64,000 bases of DNA from Microthyrium microscopicum (taxonomy: Eukaryota): assembly GCA_010405405.1 (NCBI GenBank), contig MU004230.1:4296282-4360281 (forward strand). Reading direction: 5' to 3'. This document shows, piece by piece, positions 50,064 through 63,490 of the stretch (the stretch's first letter is position 1; every line of letters begins with the position of its first letter). Below the pieces are notes generated by a model, which had not been told where the DNA came from, did not search any database, and saw nothing but the letters and a program-made list of their open reading frames with translations. The position numbers were made by a program, and so were the translations under genes.

Positions 50064-51011
50064 TCAACCTTCGCCAGCATCGAAAATGGCATATACTTCC
50101 TTATCAGCCTTTCCTCCCGGCTGTTGAGCCTCTGGTACTTTTCCATTCAGCCACATTCGATGATAATGAACCACGAATTCATGAAACCCAGCTTCAGTGA
50201 ACACCTTCTCTGCGCTCTTGTTCCCTTCCCAAAGCTCCGCAATGAATCCTCCGTCATGATCCTCCAGTCTCTTCAGCACCGTCTTCAACAACGCCCTCGC
50301 CACATCTTCCGAATTCGCATACAACGGCCCAATTCGAAAGCCAATCGTACAGCTCCTAACCACTACCCAGCCATCCAGTTCCTCATGCCCCTTCTCTTTG
50401 TCACATAATGCAAACCCAAAGGTATCGTCTCGATCCCACAACGCCTCCTTCGTCCACAGCCGCGCCCTTTCCAGACCTGTATGCTCCAAATCGCTCTTCA
50501 CCAACACTTCCGTAGGCACATGTTCCAAATCTATCAAGCGACTACCCACTGGCAGGTCGGCCAGCCCATCAATCGGATGGTCTTTCACACTCGCCCGCTT
50601 CAGCACCCTTACCATGCCCTTTTCTACGAAGCCGCGCCGTTCGTACGTGCCGACTTGCGCGCTGACTGCATCTAGTCCAGCAATCACTGCGCCGTTGGAT
50701 GATAAATGCTCCAAAGCTCGCGCAAACAACTTCCCACCCCAGCCGCGTCCGCGAATACCTTCATTGAGGCAGAAGAAGCCGATCCAGCCGGTACCGTTGG
50801 CGAAGACGAGGGGTACAATGCAGCCCTCTGCCACTTCTGGTTTGCTGCTATCAGCGACGAGAAGAAAACCGCCAGGTCCGGTAGATATGTAGTGGGTGTT
50901 GCTGTCGAGGGGCGCGCGAGTCCAGCCCAGTGCATTGATGAGGGGCCAGAAGATTGCATGAGCTTCGTCGAGGGAAGATGCGGGGCGGACGATACAGCTA
51001 TCGGCGGACAT
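50064..51011 (-). CDS. GNAT family acetyltransferase (tandem GNAT, YitH-like)
   Basis: GWIGFF..RGRGWGGKLF acetyl-CoA motif, GLDAV..Q..YERRGF, and second domain GFRIGPLYA. Confidence 0.85.
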   Translation of the reverse strand: MSADSCIVRPASSLDEAHAIFWPLINALGWTRAPLDSNTHYISTGPGGFLLVADSSKPEVAEGCIVPLVFANGTGWIGFFCLNEGIRGRGWGGKLFARALEHLSSNGAVIAGLDAVSAQVGTYERRGFVEKGMVRVLKRASVKDHPIDGLADLPVGSRLIDLEHVPTEVLVKSDLEHTGLERARLWTKEALWDRDDTFGFALCDKEKGHEELDGWVVVRSCTIGFRIGPLYANSEDVARALLKTVLKRLEDHDGGFIAELWEGNKSAEKVFTEAGFHEFVVHYHRMWLNGKVPEAQQPGGKADKEVYAIFDAGEG

Positions 51012-51810
51012 GATGCTGATTAGAGGCTGAATTGTTGTGTAGTTGTAGTTGTAGTTGCTTTGGAAGAGTTTGGAGCACTCTGCAATATGGCCAGTGTTGT
51101 GAAACAAATGTCAAGATGTGAGTTTATGAATGTTGATTTTTAGCTCTTCAGGCAAGAGCTCACCAGCTCATCCATGTGCCAACCCTGGAGCGTCAGGTTA
51201 CCTTAGTAGTCTGGTTCGTGCTTTGTTTATGCGTCAAAATTGTAGCTGTTATGAAGTCAATCAAGTAGTTCAATGATGCGGAACATTTTGGATTCTGTGG
51301 TTATGCTTCACACTGAGCTTTAGTCTCTAGTTCTCCATCTAAGGCTTGCACAATGGAGGAGTCACTTCTGCGGTAAGTTTTCGAGACTAGGAGAGTGAAT
51401 ACTGAAAAGTACGAATTCGTTTTGGTGGTTCTGTCGACAACTTCTTGTGATGAATATTGAATCGCGAAGATGAAGTTTTGACTTGCCTGCCCAAGTAAGG
51501 CTCAATCGGAGCCTGCTATGTACCCAAATAGTATTTCGAGTGCGCCTTTTTCTACTCAGCCTGTAGTTAATACAGTTTTCGATTCCATTCCTGGCAATCA
51601 AATCGTCAAGAGAACTTTCAGTCAAGTAGTTTCTGGTTGTGGTCGGGGTAGGACGACCGAAAGGCAGGCAAGCGGGTTTGATATCTGGTTCACATCAACA
51701 CACTAGCCAGTTCAGAAACCACGGTGCCTAGTCTAACACACCTCAAAGAGTGTCTCGAACATTCTGACACCGGTGTCTAGTGGCAGAGGTCTTGTAAAAC
51801 TCATTAATAG

Positions 51811-53763
51811 ATGGAGAGCTCTATCCTTTCAGGATGCGAAGACGTAGCCTCCAAACCTCAACAACTCCAATACATTCCCAGAATCGAATTATTATCCGCG
51901 GCTTTCGAACGTTTCCCCTGGAACAAACAAGGCACTGTAAAGCTCAAAGAATCAATCACTACTGTTCCTATGGACAGCTCTAATTCCATCCAAAACTCGC
52001 CAAGTGTTCGCTGCCACAAGTGTGGCCAGCACCCTGCCGAGGCGATCACCACAGCAGAAACGGTATGTTGCGGAAGGCCGATATGCTCACTATGCTGGGC
52101 GGATTATCTCGACAGTCAGCTTTGCCAGAAGATCTGGCGGACTAGGTACTTCGACTTGGCAACATGGATGACTTGTCCGCTTCTATTTTGCGTTGCGCCT
52201 CTGATACGCGATCAAATGGTTGCTGCAGGTGTATTTGACGAGATGGATGCAGCCACAGTGCAACTAACGGACATAGCGTATGTACAGTCCACATGCTATC
52301 AAACTAGGTGCTGATAAGAACGAAGGTATGACTCCGCGGTAGCGATTCAAAAAGGTCTTAAGGTATTGAAGAGGGAGATACCTGAGTTGGCTGCCTTGGC
52401 TGCCATCGATCTGGATGAGCTTACATTCCCAAACTGTTTGAGGGATATTGGAGCAGACAACTTCCGGTCCTTACGGTATGCTGTTTTGCGTGGAGATTCT
52501 ATGGATTGGGACACTGCAAATCGGTATGATCAAGGCTTATAAACTGATTTTGAGATCTAACTAACGCTTTTATCAGAGTATGGATACATTGGAAGGGCAC
52601 AAGTAAGTCGAATGAGGTTTTAAGCCATACACGATGAGATGTTGTGGTACTTCAGCGCAACAATCTGACGTTAGCTGTCGAACTTACTGAGGCGTTGTAA
52701 CTTACATATCAGAATCCGTTCGGGCTAACACATCTTAGGTCTTCCAACATTCTATACCACCGACATCTACAATCCTCACGGTCAAGCTCGAGAGTGCCCA
52801 GTCTGCTGTGAGACCATGAGTGAGGTCCACTTCAGCGACAAGACACTGCTGAAAACTCACGTTTCCGATAACGTCTGGCATTTGGCTCGATTTCCTGTCC
52901 CTCCAGACAACGATTGCGAACACTCTAACGACACCTGTCTCAGCTGCTATAGAACCTATCTCGAGGGCCAACTGCAACTGAAAGGAGCACCTGGCTGTTT
53001 GCGATTATCATGCCCAGAATGTAATCGGGTCTTGGAAGCATCCGAGATACGCTACTTGTTGCCCAAGGACTTTATGGATCGACTAGACGATCTCAAAATG
53101 CAGCGCTACCTTTCCAAGCAGCACAACTTCCGTTGGTGCCTACGTCCCGGCTGCGGCTCTGGCGCAATCTACGAATCGGCCGATTCCTCGCCGCTACAGG
53201 TTTGCTATGAATGCAACTTTCAGATGTGCTTTTTTCATCAGACTGCGTGGCACACGGACCAAACTTGCGAAGAATTCGATACTGAAATGGCGAGCAATGA
53301 TCCAAACTTCCTTGATATGGCTAGTTTGAGATTGATTCAACAAGACACCAAAAAGTGCCCGAACGAGGAGTGTCAAGTGCGGATCCATAGGGTTGATGGA
53401 TGCAATTATATGCAGTGTAAGACCAATTTTTAAACACGGCAGCTTTGAAGATACTGGAAACTAATCAAATACATAGGTAGCCAATGCGGTACAGAATTCT
53501 GCTGGATGTGTTTCGCCAAGTTCTACACCACTGAAAATGAGATTGGAGAAGAGGTATTCGAAATTCATCAGTGTCCTTATGACTCAGATCATGAAGATGA
53601 TGAAGAGGACGACGAAGAGGACGATGACGATGACGACGAAGAGGACCATGAAGATGACGACGACGAAGAGCACGATGAAGAGGACGACGAAGAGGATGAA
53701 GGTGAGAAACCGCTTTGGGCTCAAAGCCTTACAGCGACTAATGTAGAAGGAATGGTATGGTAA
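51811..53763 (+). CDS. RBR (RING-IBR-RING) E3 ubiquitin ligase with extra N-terminal Cys cluster and acidic tail
   Basis: CEH..TC..C...L.CPEC (RING1), FRWCLRPGCGSG..C..C....CFFH...WH...TC (IBR) and TKKCP..C..I.R.DGCNYMQC..CG.EFCW.C (RING2). Several canonical introns; start 51811 or 51970. Confidence 0.8.
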
Positions 53764-54172
53764 GCAAAAAGAGATGTGAGCTAATAGGAGCCCATCATCA
53801 GGCGAGTCTTTCAGTGGGTGATACTACTCAATGCTGCTTAATGTTGCTTAATGCTGCTGAAGTGGTGTTTGAACCCTATTTCTTGTCCTTTGCTCTTCGC
53901 ATCTAGGCTCTGCCATGTGGTGTTTGAGATCGCTGGTATCATAAGCGACTGCTCTTGTAAATGCAATCACTCTTAAAGACACAGTGTCGAGTTATGCGAT
54001 TGTAAGTGCTCGAATCAGAAAATTAATCGGGTATATTGTCATTGAATTTTTTTACCGCACAGGTGTTATCCCATGTCTCGAGCTATTTGGCATCAGACCA
54101 TTACCTACCCACATTCAGCGCAGATTTACCGCATCTATAGCCACGAAATTACATACCTCTCCGTGGATATAA

Positions 54173-57100
54173 TTACATTCCAGACATGTCGAGACCAGAT
54201 CCGCCCCCATATCCATTACCAGTACCAGTTCCACCAAAGAAAAAGCCATCAAAGATATCGATCGATCCACTACCATCACCAGCATCAACACCAGGTACAC
54301 TGCCATCCCATCCGAATCCTAATCCTAGCGCGTCAATGCTGGGGTCATTCGAACTCATATTCAGATTGTCCGGAATAGACACCGAGTCAAGGAAATCAAG
54401 TTCGCTCCATGGCGACACTGGCAAGTACGACTGGGGAGCATTTGTATTCTGCATTCCACCCTGCTGTTGCGGATAATTCGGTGATGCAGCCGGCACAAAC
54501 GGCGTGGGAAACGTAGATGCTGTGTCCGCCGAAGAATTGTCCCCGCCCTGTTGGCCAGTCATTGTGGTATCATTCGAAATAGTTTGACTTGTATAGTTGG
54601 GCAAACGCTGTGTCCCTATTTGATATGGCTGTAGACGGCTCATCTGAGAAGAAAAGGTTCTACCTGCGCTTTCTTCTTCACTAAAGAGCCCGCGGAGGTC
54701 AGTGTCAAACATCGGCCTGCGCGACTGCAGATTACTGGCTGCAGGTGCGTAAGGAAAGTTGGGGTTGTTGGGATCCATGGAACTCGTCGAAAATTGCAAC
54801 CCTGGACCACTTGCTGACATGCTTGGAGCTGGGTATGTTTGTAATTGTGGGTCAATCATTGCTCCAGATTCAGTCGAGTCCAGTCGGTTTGCAGTACCGA
54901 AGCCTGTGGTTGCGAGACACATTTTGATAGTCGTTTTGGTCATTTTGGAGAACGCATCGCGACACGCGCGGGCCGGTGGGCAGAACACCACAAGGTCATC
55001 TAGAACCGATGTGGCAGCCAAAGCAGTAAAATCTACATCGTCAAGCGTAAGGTTGCTTCGGACTAGTGGCGAGTGCCATATGGCGTAAAGAAATGAGATA
55101 CCTGCCTCGATTATCAATATATGAGCTGTGATTAATAAGAAGGATACTTACCAGCCATGAAGAGATGATGGGTCGAAAGGTAGGTATAGTTGACCAAGTA
55201 CTTTCTGTGTAGTAGTCGATAGAGCTTCAGCACTTTCTGTCCTGCCGAAGCGACCTTCATGAAGATGATGTCAGCGTCCTGGCGATCTTCAATGTTAACC
55301 ATCAATGGGCTTTGCACACTATCAGAGAGCTGCGCATCTTCCGCCAAGTCCTCTGGAACACTGAGGCTTTGACGGTACAGCATCAGTACTGCTTGCCAGT
55401 AATTCAACTCAAGGAATAGTGGCGAGAATTGCACGCCCGCCTGCTCTGGGGAAGGTGCTGACTCTCGCCATATAAGAAGCCGGCTGTCCATATCGCTACG
55501 CCACGCACGGAAAGATCCATCGAAAGCTTTGAGAAATGGACATGGAAGGTCAGTCAGCATGTACGGATTTTCAGACGTAATACCACGATCGCGAACTAGT
55601 TGAGTTTGACGGTACTGCAAAGTTTGCAAGATTTCAGACTGCAACAGCCGCAGGCGAAAATAGTGATAGGCCACTCGTTTGTAACTCGGGCCGTCCAAAC
55701 CTTCGGAAGGGAAGGTAATACCTGCTGGTGTGATGTATTCATCATCGAGTACGCTTGGAAATTGTGTCGTGATGAATCGATCCGATATTCCAAATGGCCG
55801 GCCAACTACCGAGCTAACCAGTCGATCAAGGGAGTAGGTGCACCACCAAAGCCTTCGTCTGAAGTCGCTGATATACTGCTTCCTTCCTTTGTCTTTGAAC
55901 TCGCCGACATTGGCTTTACTGCCAACATTCCTGGCCGTGTTGCCATTGGCTCCTTTGGATTTACCAACGCCTGTCACATCTCCATCTAGCCCATCATCCG
56001 CATGGAGACCAAGATCAACTGCCAGTCGCACAGCGACACCGATTATGTACCAGAGGCCCGGTGCAATGGGTCGAAGTAGTGAAAATCCGGCAAGCAGTAG
56101 AACACTTTGGAGTTCTTCAAGACTGCCTCCTATTCCTTCCGAGTTACCCGAGCCATTGAGTAACGACTCTAGGTGTACGATGGCAGACGCATGATACTCT
56201 TCTGGCTGTCTTTGCTCTTCTGCAATCCTCCGGCGTTTGTGCGGTGGTGGATCGCCCATCGACTTGACGTCGTCATCGTCTGGCCCAGAATGTGCCTCAA
56301 GTTCGGTTGGCTTGCCTACAATTATTGCTGCTCCAATAGCAAACACTATGTTCAACATAAAAGATTCCCTAGGTGTGGGTTCTTTCTCCGGGTTTGCGAA
56401 TACTCTTTCGAACATAGCCATAAACTCCGGTCGATGAAGAACGGGAATTTGGGGATTAGCATGCTCAAAATAAAGGCTAACTAGCCTCATACCCAGGTCT
56501 CGACTTGGAAATGGAGCAGGTTTGATTGTCGGTTTGGTGTGAAGTCCAAAGAATGAATCCCGCATGGTTACACTGGAAGGTGATACAGTGCTTGGTCCGC
56601 GTCCCATTGCACCTCGTTCTGATCCATTGCCTTTTGCATGAGCTGACGTGGCACCAGAGTGAGGCAAGGCGCTTTTGACGGCTGCAAAAACGACTCGGGC
56701 GAAGGAAATTCCTGAAGCTGTCCCAAGATAACGGGCATCGGATGTACCTTGGACTGCAATTTTGCTTGTTGAGGATACTAGTCCTTCGACTCGTTCCTGT
56801 TCTCGGGACTCTTTATCGCGACTAGCATGCTGTGATGGCCCACCGGAAGATGATATAGGCTGTCCCCTGGGATCTGTGTCTGCTGTCTTGCCATGCAAGT
56901 TGTTTTGTGACTTTGCCGTAGGACGAGCGTACACAAAGTCATCGGAAGATGAAAATTCAATACCATTTTCTTGTAACAGAGATTCGAGGTAGTCAACTCG
57001 AGTCTCCAGATAGTATACATAGCTACAGAAAAAGTTATTTTCAAAACCAAGGACAAAACAAATATTAAGAGGAGTGGGACAGTCAATGAGCATCACTAGA

Positions 57101-57455
57101 ACCAAAAGATATCCCACTACGGGTAAGAAAGAAGGGAAACTTACCTCCTAGGGACTTCGCGTTTGGTAATATGATCGTAGCTTACGCATTTTGTTCCAGC
57201 CTTCTCACAAGCGGTACACGCTGGAAGCCGTTGATCGCAACGATTTTTTCGAACCCTACAGCGGTTGCAGGCCGAAACGTTGCGGAACGCGGATGCGCCC
57301 GCTGCTGCGGACTGATCCTCGTGTGGTACCTGACTGGGAGAGCCCGAAGACGGCATTCTCTTGCGTTTCTGTTTGTCAGACTGTGGGCTGAGAGGACTCT
57401 CTTTGGTGCCCAGAGGCGACTCAATCATTGCACTTCTTCCGGAGGTTACATGCAA
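54173..57455 (-). CDS. uaY: Zn(II)2Cys6 transcription factor, purine-utilisation regulator UaY/Ppr1-like
   Basis: FRNVSACNRCRVRKNRCDQRLPAC..CEKAG..CV.YD.ITKREVPR|SYVYYLE, YLGTASGISFARVVFAAV, fungal TF middle domain (RRRLWWCTYSLDR) and C-terminal DGFFFG. Confidence 0.85.
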
Positions 57456-58410
57456 AGATGATGGTTTTCGCCAGGCCGTAGCCTAATTCAATGCTCGTAA
57501 GCTTGGACAGATGTGCTCAGGCTGGCGATAAGGAAATGCCGCACATCTTGTTGGGAGTTTGTTGGACAGCGAGGCTGAGGTTGATTGGGCTTTAGGCGCA
57601 AATTTTTCTCAGGTTGTCCTACAATGTTGTAAATATGTTGATTTCTCCTGTTCGACGGACTAGAACAGCGCTTGATTATGCTTTCTAGAACTTGATGATA
57701 CTTGGGAGTTGAGATGCGTATATCCACATCAAGATCCACGCCAAGCTTTGAAGCACGACCGTACATCCTTGTAAGCGCACATACGCGCGCTTGCGACAGC
57801 ATAAGTGCTAAAGCTTGCAGAGCGTGGTTGGTCGCGTTATATCATACATTTACCTTCCATTCTGGGATACATCTGTCCAATGTCCAGTCGATGGCCGTCG
57901 AAATCCTAGCACAGGCCATCTCAGACTGCCTCGATGCCATCGGAGGTGGCCGAAATTCACACAAAAAGCAATAGAGGCTGAGTTTCGCCGAGCATTCATG
58001 CAACGTCGTTCTCAGAATTGGGTGAACAAGGATTGTTTTGCTGAAGAACTGCCATCATGTCAATGGAGAACATCCATTGTAGTGGTAGTAGCAACGATGA
58101 GATGTCAAGCGGCAAATGTGTACTACATTCGCAGAGTGGTCAACACAGAGGTTTCCACGACTATAGCTTTCGTCTATATCGTACGGATTCTTGCGAGATA
58201 TTTTAGTAATGTTCCACCCTCTGGCTCCCCGGTTCTATACTCTATTTAGCATCTTGGCAGATAATTAACCAAATTGCTATAACTCTTGGTAGGATTACGA
58301 ATACTCTCCGTTAAAGCGCGATATTTTTTGACTAAACAACCAGAAATAATAGGATCACGTCGGTTTTTTGGTACATCGGTTGTCAGCCCACAAGCCTATC
58401 TAGGTATGTA

Positions 58411-58642
58411 CCGTAGAGATGCGTTCAATCCCCTCGCAACGCTAGTCCCAAACCGCGAGTAGCGTCACCAAACTCAGTAGGCTCTGCCCCAAATGTACGC
58501 CTTACCCGTAAAATATAGATTTCATCTATAAAGTAGTATATTCCTTTTGCGCATGTTTTGGCGCCTCCAAAAATCCAAGCAGCCCCATTTGCCCCTTTGC
58601 TAAGTCACTAGCGTTGCGAGGGGATTGAACGCATCTCTACGG
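58411..58642. mobile_element. MITE with perfect 36-bp TIRs and TA duplication
   Basis: TA|CCGTAGAGATGCGTTCAATCCCCTCGCAACGCTAGT (58409-58446) is the exact reverse complement of 58607-58644. Confidence 0.9.
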
Positions 58643-59107
58643 TATTGACGTACTGTAACAGCGGTTTGAACACCATCAGCCAATCAAAACACTTTCCAGC
58701 CTTATAGTTCGGACCCCTACGTTCCAGTACCAAATTTAATCCCATATACACCATAAAAAGTGCTTTGGTGGCCTGGAAGAGCATAGATGATGCTCAATAG
58801 GCAGATATAATAGCTCTTCCATCCCTCAACCATGAAGCTTCTCCTTTCGCCTTTTTCCATTTCTAAGTTCACTGTGCCGTCTCAAAAGCCGCCACCTTTA
58901 AACTGACGAGATCCATATCGCAGCCTTCAGGATTCTGATTCCAATTCATGTCCTTCCTCATCAATAGTTCTCAGCGCCTCCCGTATTCCCCATCGCCTTG
59001 AATACTGCTCATCGCCTCTTATACTGTTCATATCTCCTACTTCAGCTACACTTACTAAATTCCCACGCAGGAGCTACTCCGGGTTCAATCTTACTAAACG
59101 TTCGAAG

Positions 59108-59459
59108 ATGTCGGCGACAGAAAGTAATCCCGCAATCGCGGTTCGCTATCCCAAGCGCAAAAGAACCGTGGTTTCGTATACGCAGCTAGGCAGCGAGTGC
59201 GATGGTGATGACCGAAGCTCTCCCAACGTACCCAAAACTGATGGCGATTACGAGCTGAAACCTAATCTCAAGGTAAGCCACTTGAGTTTTGGCATGACTT
59301 AGCTGCTGACTGAAGGAATAGAAAGCTCGTAAAGCGGATGAGGCCATCAAGTCGTGGTCCCCAAAGCAGAGAGAACCAGCTGTAGACCCAAAAAGGAAGA
59401 CTTTCCCTTTTATGAAGCTGGCCGGGCAGCTTCGTAATAAGATATATGATTGGTGATTG
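59108..59459 (+). pseudogene. Truncated paralog of the downstream F-box-like gene
   Basis: RYPKRKRTVVSY...DGDYEL..K|intron 59273-59321|...TFPFMKLAGQLRNKIYDW*. TGA at 59454 where the paralog has TGC; no downstream exon found. Confidence 0.7.
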
Positions 59460-60513
59460 GTAAGTTTTCCTTTACCATCAACTCCTATGGCTCCCACCAA
59501 CGCTTGTTAATAAAATATACATCAATTCCCATTGCATTTGATAGACAGCCCAGGACTGAGCACAGCTTTTGTGGAATAAAGTACTCGATAGAATAGCGTG
59601 GCAGATATTCGATAAAATCAAACAGTTTGATGATTGTACGTCCCGTCAACTGATAGAAACATAAATGACATACTCCCGTTGATATTGCCAGCTCTTATGT
59701 TCTTCGCGTTCTCGTCAAGTGTTGTCTTTCTCAACGAATCCTCCAAAGCCTTGGCCCCTCATCGCTTACGCTTGAAACAAAAACATTTCATCGTCCTGAC
59801 AAAATGCGACGATAGTGATTGTATCAGTTGATGAGAACACGCTGTCTATATGCTTGATCCTGGTTCGCTTTTTCTAGAATTTGCATTTCCGTACCTGCTT
59901 ATGAGCGGCGGTTGGCCATGTTGCTTCAAAATGAGCTTGGTAAGGAAAATTCAAACTTTGACTTCCTAGATGAGAGCAAGGCTGAAGGTGCTATTCAAGC
60001 TCTTCCATTCGATTATCTCAAGGCTGATGCTTGCCGCTATTTTCTTTTGCCAAGTTGTCCAGCCTTAACGTTACGACGGTATATTCTTTTTGACCAATCA
60101 TAAAGCTCCTCAGCCTGATAGGATCTGCCTCGATTTCACGAAACCACCACCTCTTCTTTCACCATTTATTTCACCTGACTCACACGCTGAATTACATCGG
60201 CCTTGCCAAAGGCAGTTCGGCTGCCGTCTAAGAGGTACCCTCACTACCCAGTTCATCCATCACTGCGCAACAAAAGCCCCTTCCTTTTGCTGAATTTTCG
60301 ACCCTGTGTCCTCCGTAACAGTGAAGTTGCTTGAAAGCCCGGACCCGCTCTGGCTTTCGCCTGGACTATAAAACTCATCTTCAAAGTACCTCTTAGTTGT
60401 TCAGACTTCCCTCCATCCCACCCGCCACACAACGTCTGGCCTCTACTTTTGCTACTTCCATCACATCCCCCATTCACCACCGCACCCGCTCTTTGCGTAT
60501 CTCGTTCTTCACG

Positions 60514-61894
60514 ATGTCTGGCATCTCCACCAACAATACTGCCAATACTGCCGCAGCCAATCTGCGCTATCCTAAGCGTCAGCGTAGCGCTGTCTCGTAT
60601 GCGGAAACAAACAACTTGAGCGACGGAAACATCGCCGAAGTGAATGACACCAGCCAGAACAGCGGTAGCCCAACAAAAAAGAAGGCAAAGAAAAGTTTCT
60701 CTATTGCAGCGGATTCTGATAGTTCTGATGGTGAATATGAGCTAGTTTCCAAAATCAAGGCAAGCCAAAGCAGTCTTCATGCCTTGAACAAGCTACTAAC
60801 TCGAGTCAGAAAGCACCGAAACGCAAGCCAAACAAACCCAAATTCCCCGTCAAAGTCGCGGCTGGAGGAATCTTTCCCTTCTTGAACTTGCCTCCAGAAA
60901 TCCGGAATAGGATATATCACTGGTGCTTGGTAAGACGTCCTTGTGAATAGTAGAAATATATGTAGCACCACAAAATGATCATGTCGCGCTCTCAGCGCAT
61001 GATGGTTTTCTCTTTGAGCTCGTGCTAACAAACGTCAGACAATTGACGGCGGCAAGACCATGACGTTAGAAGATGACCTCCAGAACTACCCAGGCCGCGT
61101 TAATATCGAGCGCACCAAGCGGGAGACTCTGGCTTTCCGGGCCAACAAGCCGTATCAACGAGTTACTGACGGCTATCGTAATCCTAATCCTCAAGGTATA
61201 ACTGCAGATGGCAAACGGGTCGATAGATATATCTCCACGCCCCTACTCATTCCCAAGGTCTTGAGAATTAACAAACAGATCTACGCCGAAGCCATCAACA
61301 TGCTCTACTCGAGAACCTTCATCTTTCGGTCCGCGAAAGCTGTAATGACGTTTGTGCTTGCAATTGGCGCACGAAACTGTGAGCTCATCAAAAGAATCCA
61401 CTTGGACTTTGATATTGCCAACAACGAGCGCCATGAAATGAACATAATGCTTCAAATGCTAGTCTCTTGCACCATTTTTGCAAGAACTCAAGTTTCTGGA
61501 GAGCTTGCCGAACAAGATGATGGAAAAGATTGGGGCCCCGAAGGAACCCGAAGACGAGTTCGTCACTAGATTTGTTCGTTGCCTCTGGGAAACCTGTGGC
61601 CATTGGTTTAGAGCCATGGCGGTCGCTCGACGGAACATCTTCACTGGTTTACAAATCCTTTCTATTGCCCAGTCCTCTTGGGACTGTGCTTACCGCTCAA
61701 TGACATTGAACTCCAAGTGGCGGAATATGGAAGAATGGCGTCGAATGAAATATCCTTTCACCAATTCTGGTATAGCCAAGATGGAGAAGTGTGTCATGGC
61801 GGGACTGAAAGACGTGTTACGACAGGAGCTGAGCATCTATCAGGCTGACGAAGATGGCAACTTTCCGGCAATCCAACAAACCGTTAGTTCCTAG
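60514..61894 (+). CDS. Fungal protein with F-box-like motif (FPFLNLPPEIRNRIY); possible frameshift
   Basis: Exons 60514-60759, 60810-60929 and 61039 onward; LRINKQIYAEAINMLYS..F motif. GC-AG first intron and a frame change near the T5 run at 61475-61479. Confidence 0.65.
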
Positions 61895-63040
61895 AGGAAA
61901 TGATCAACTTGCCTCGATAGATAGGGTTCCCATCTGCCAGGCCTTTTTGTCAAGGCGATATCTCCCACAGACGGGTTTGAACTGTTTTGGTCCATCGACT
62001 GCCACGGAACCGCCAACCCTTCTTCGCCGGCGTCAGTGGGAGCTATTGGTAGATGAAGTAGAGTGGAGGTTGTTCTTCTGCAAATCCAGTGCCTGTTGAT
62101 TCAACCCTTGCTCGCAATTGGCAATTCAACTGTTGTGTTGGATAGTTCTAAGATCGCACCCTTTGCCAGCGCATGCATTTTTCATGCTCTTGCACTCCAA
62201 CGCCCCTGAACCTTTTCATCTCTCCACAACTTCCCCATGGTCGAGCACTTGGATAAGGGACGAGTCCCTGGTTGATCGATTAGCATAAAGAGTTAGTATA
62301 CTTAATAATTTCATTCTCTGTTGATCCGCACTTCCTCCCCTGGCGAGTACTCGCCTGTACTATAATATTCCACGGTATTTGAGTAAGGGTTTCTTACATT
62401 TAGAGTAACACTATCATAATTCATCATGAGTTGTAAGTCACTTTGCGGTATCTCTGTCGCAGTACGGAAGACGAAAATCAACTAACAAACACAACAAGTA
62501 TAATTGAACTTCAAGGCAGGACAGTTCAGCACGTACAAACTGTTTCTATCCCTGCACTATCCTACCTCACATTACCAGACAGCAGCCTACCTAAGGTAGG
62601 TTCATATCCGTTACTTCCTATTGCCGGGCTTGGTTCATTTACGTTCGGGTCTGTTCGATCTATGCCCCAAATACTAGCGAGTTTGCAAGTAAATAGTATG
62701 AGCAATCCAACTAAACGTCGCGTACAGGTCTGACATATCCTTGGTGTAGTAAATGGAATGCAACTGTATGTCATGAAAGAGGCAGCCTTGTTACGAAAGT
62801 ATCGTACCTCTCCAGTCCGCGTATACCTTTTATCGTCTATCTGTGGCGCCTACTCAGTTTCTCCTCCGGGTAATTTGGCGCTCAATCGGTGGCTACACTT
62901 ACTAAAGTACACCACCCTGGCACTCCCACTGTCGACCAACAATTTGACAGACAGCATTTCACGCTACCAACAATCCAATACCTTTTTAAAGTAACTGCAC
63001 AAAAAGCCGAAGAGGCCCCCGGGGGTATAGAGGCAGAAGT

Positions 63041-63490
63041 CTAGATACAAAGATAGAGGTAGTACGCCGTGCATATGGCCCCACAAACATGTGATATAAA
63101 TGTACATATATCGTATGTCGCCTGTATGACCTTGGTAGGTACAAAGTAGTAGGCATATGCACTGCAGCTGTACCCGACAGACCAGATCCCTGAACAAGGG
63201 TAGCTCATGGCTATGGTGGGGAACAGGGCGATCATCATGCTAGAGAAAAGGACCACTCGGGTCGTTTTTAAAACCAGGAAAATGGCAACGGTGAGCAACA
63301 GTGGGTCTTTGTCGAAGCGGGCCGAATAACCGTTCAAACCGACCATGACGAGTCGACGCAAAGTAAATAAATAAAGACACAAGGCCGAGGCCCATTGGAA
63401 ATATGAACTAGGCAGGGAAGATATCAGGCTAACATACGGAATATGCCACGAATATCGATCAATCCATTTGGCGGTGTGAAAACAGTACAC
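63041..63490 (-). other. Possible degenerate membrane-protein coding fragment
   Basis: Hydrophobic 149-aa ORF with no true ATG start and no recognisable family. Confidence 0.2.

Noticed and set aside
51701..51782. CACTAG...CTAGTG mini-element
   Set aside because: Only 6-bp complementarity and no target duplication.
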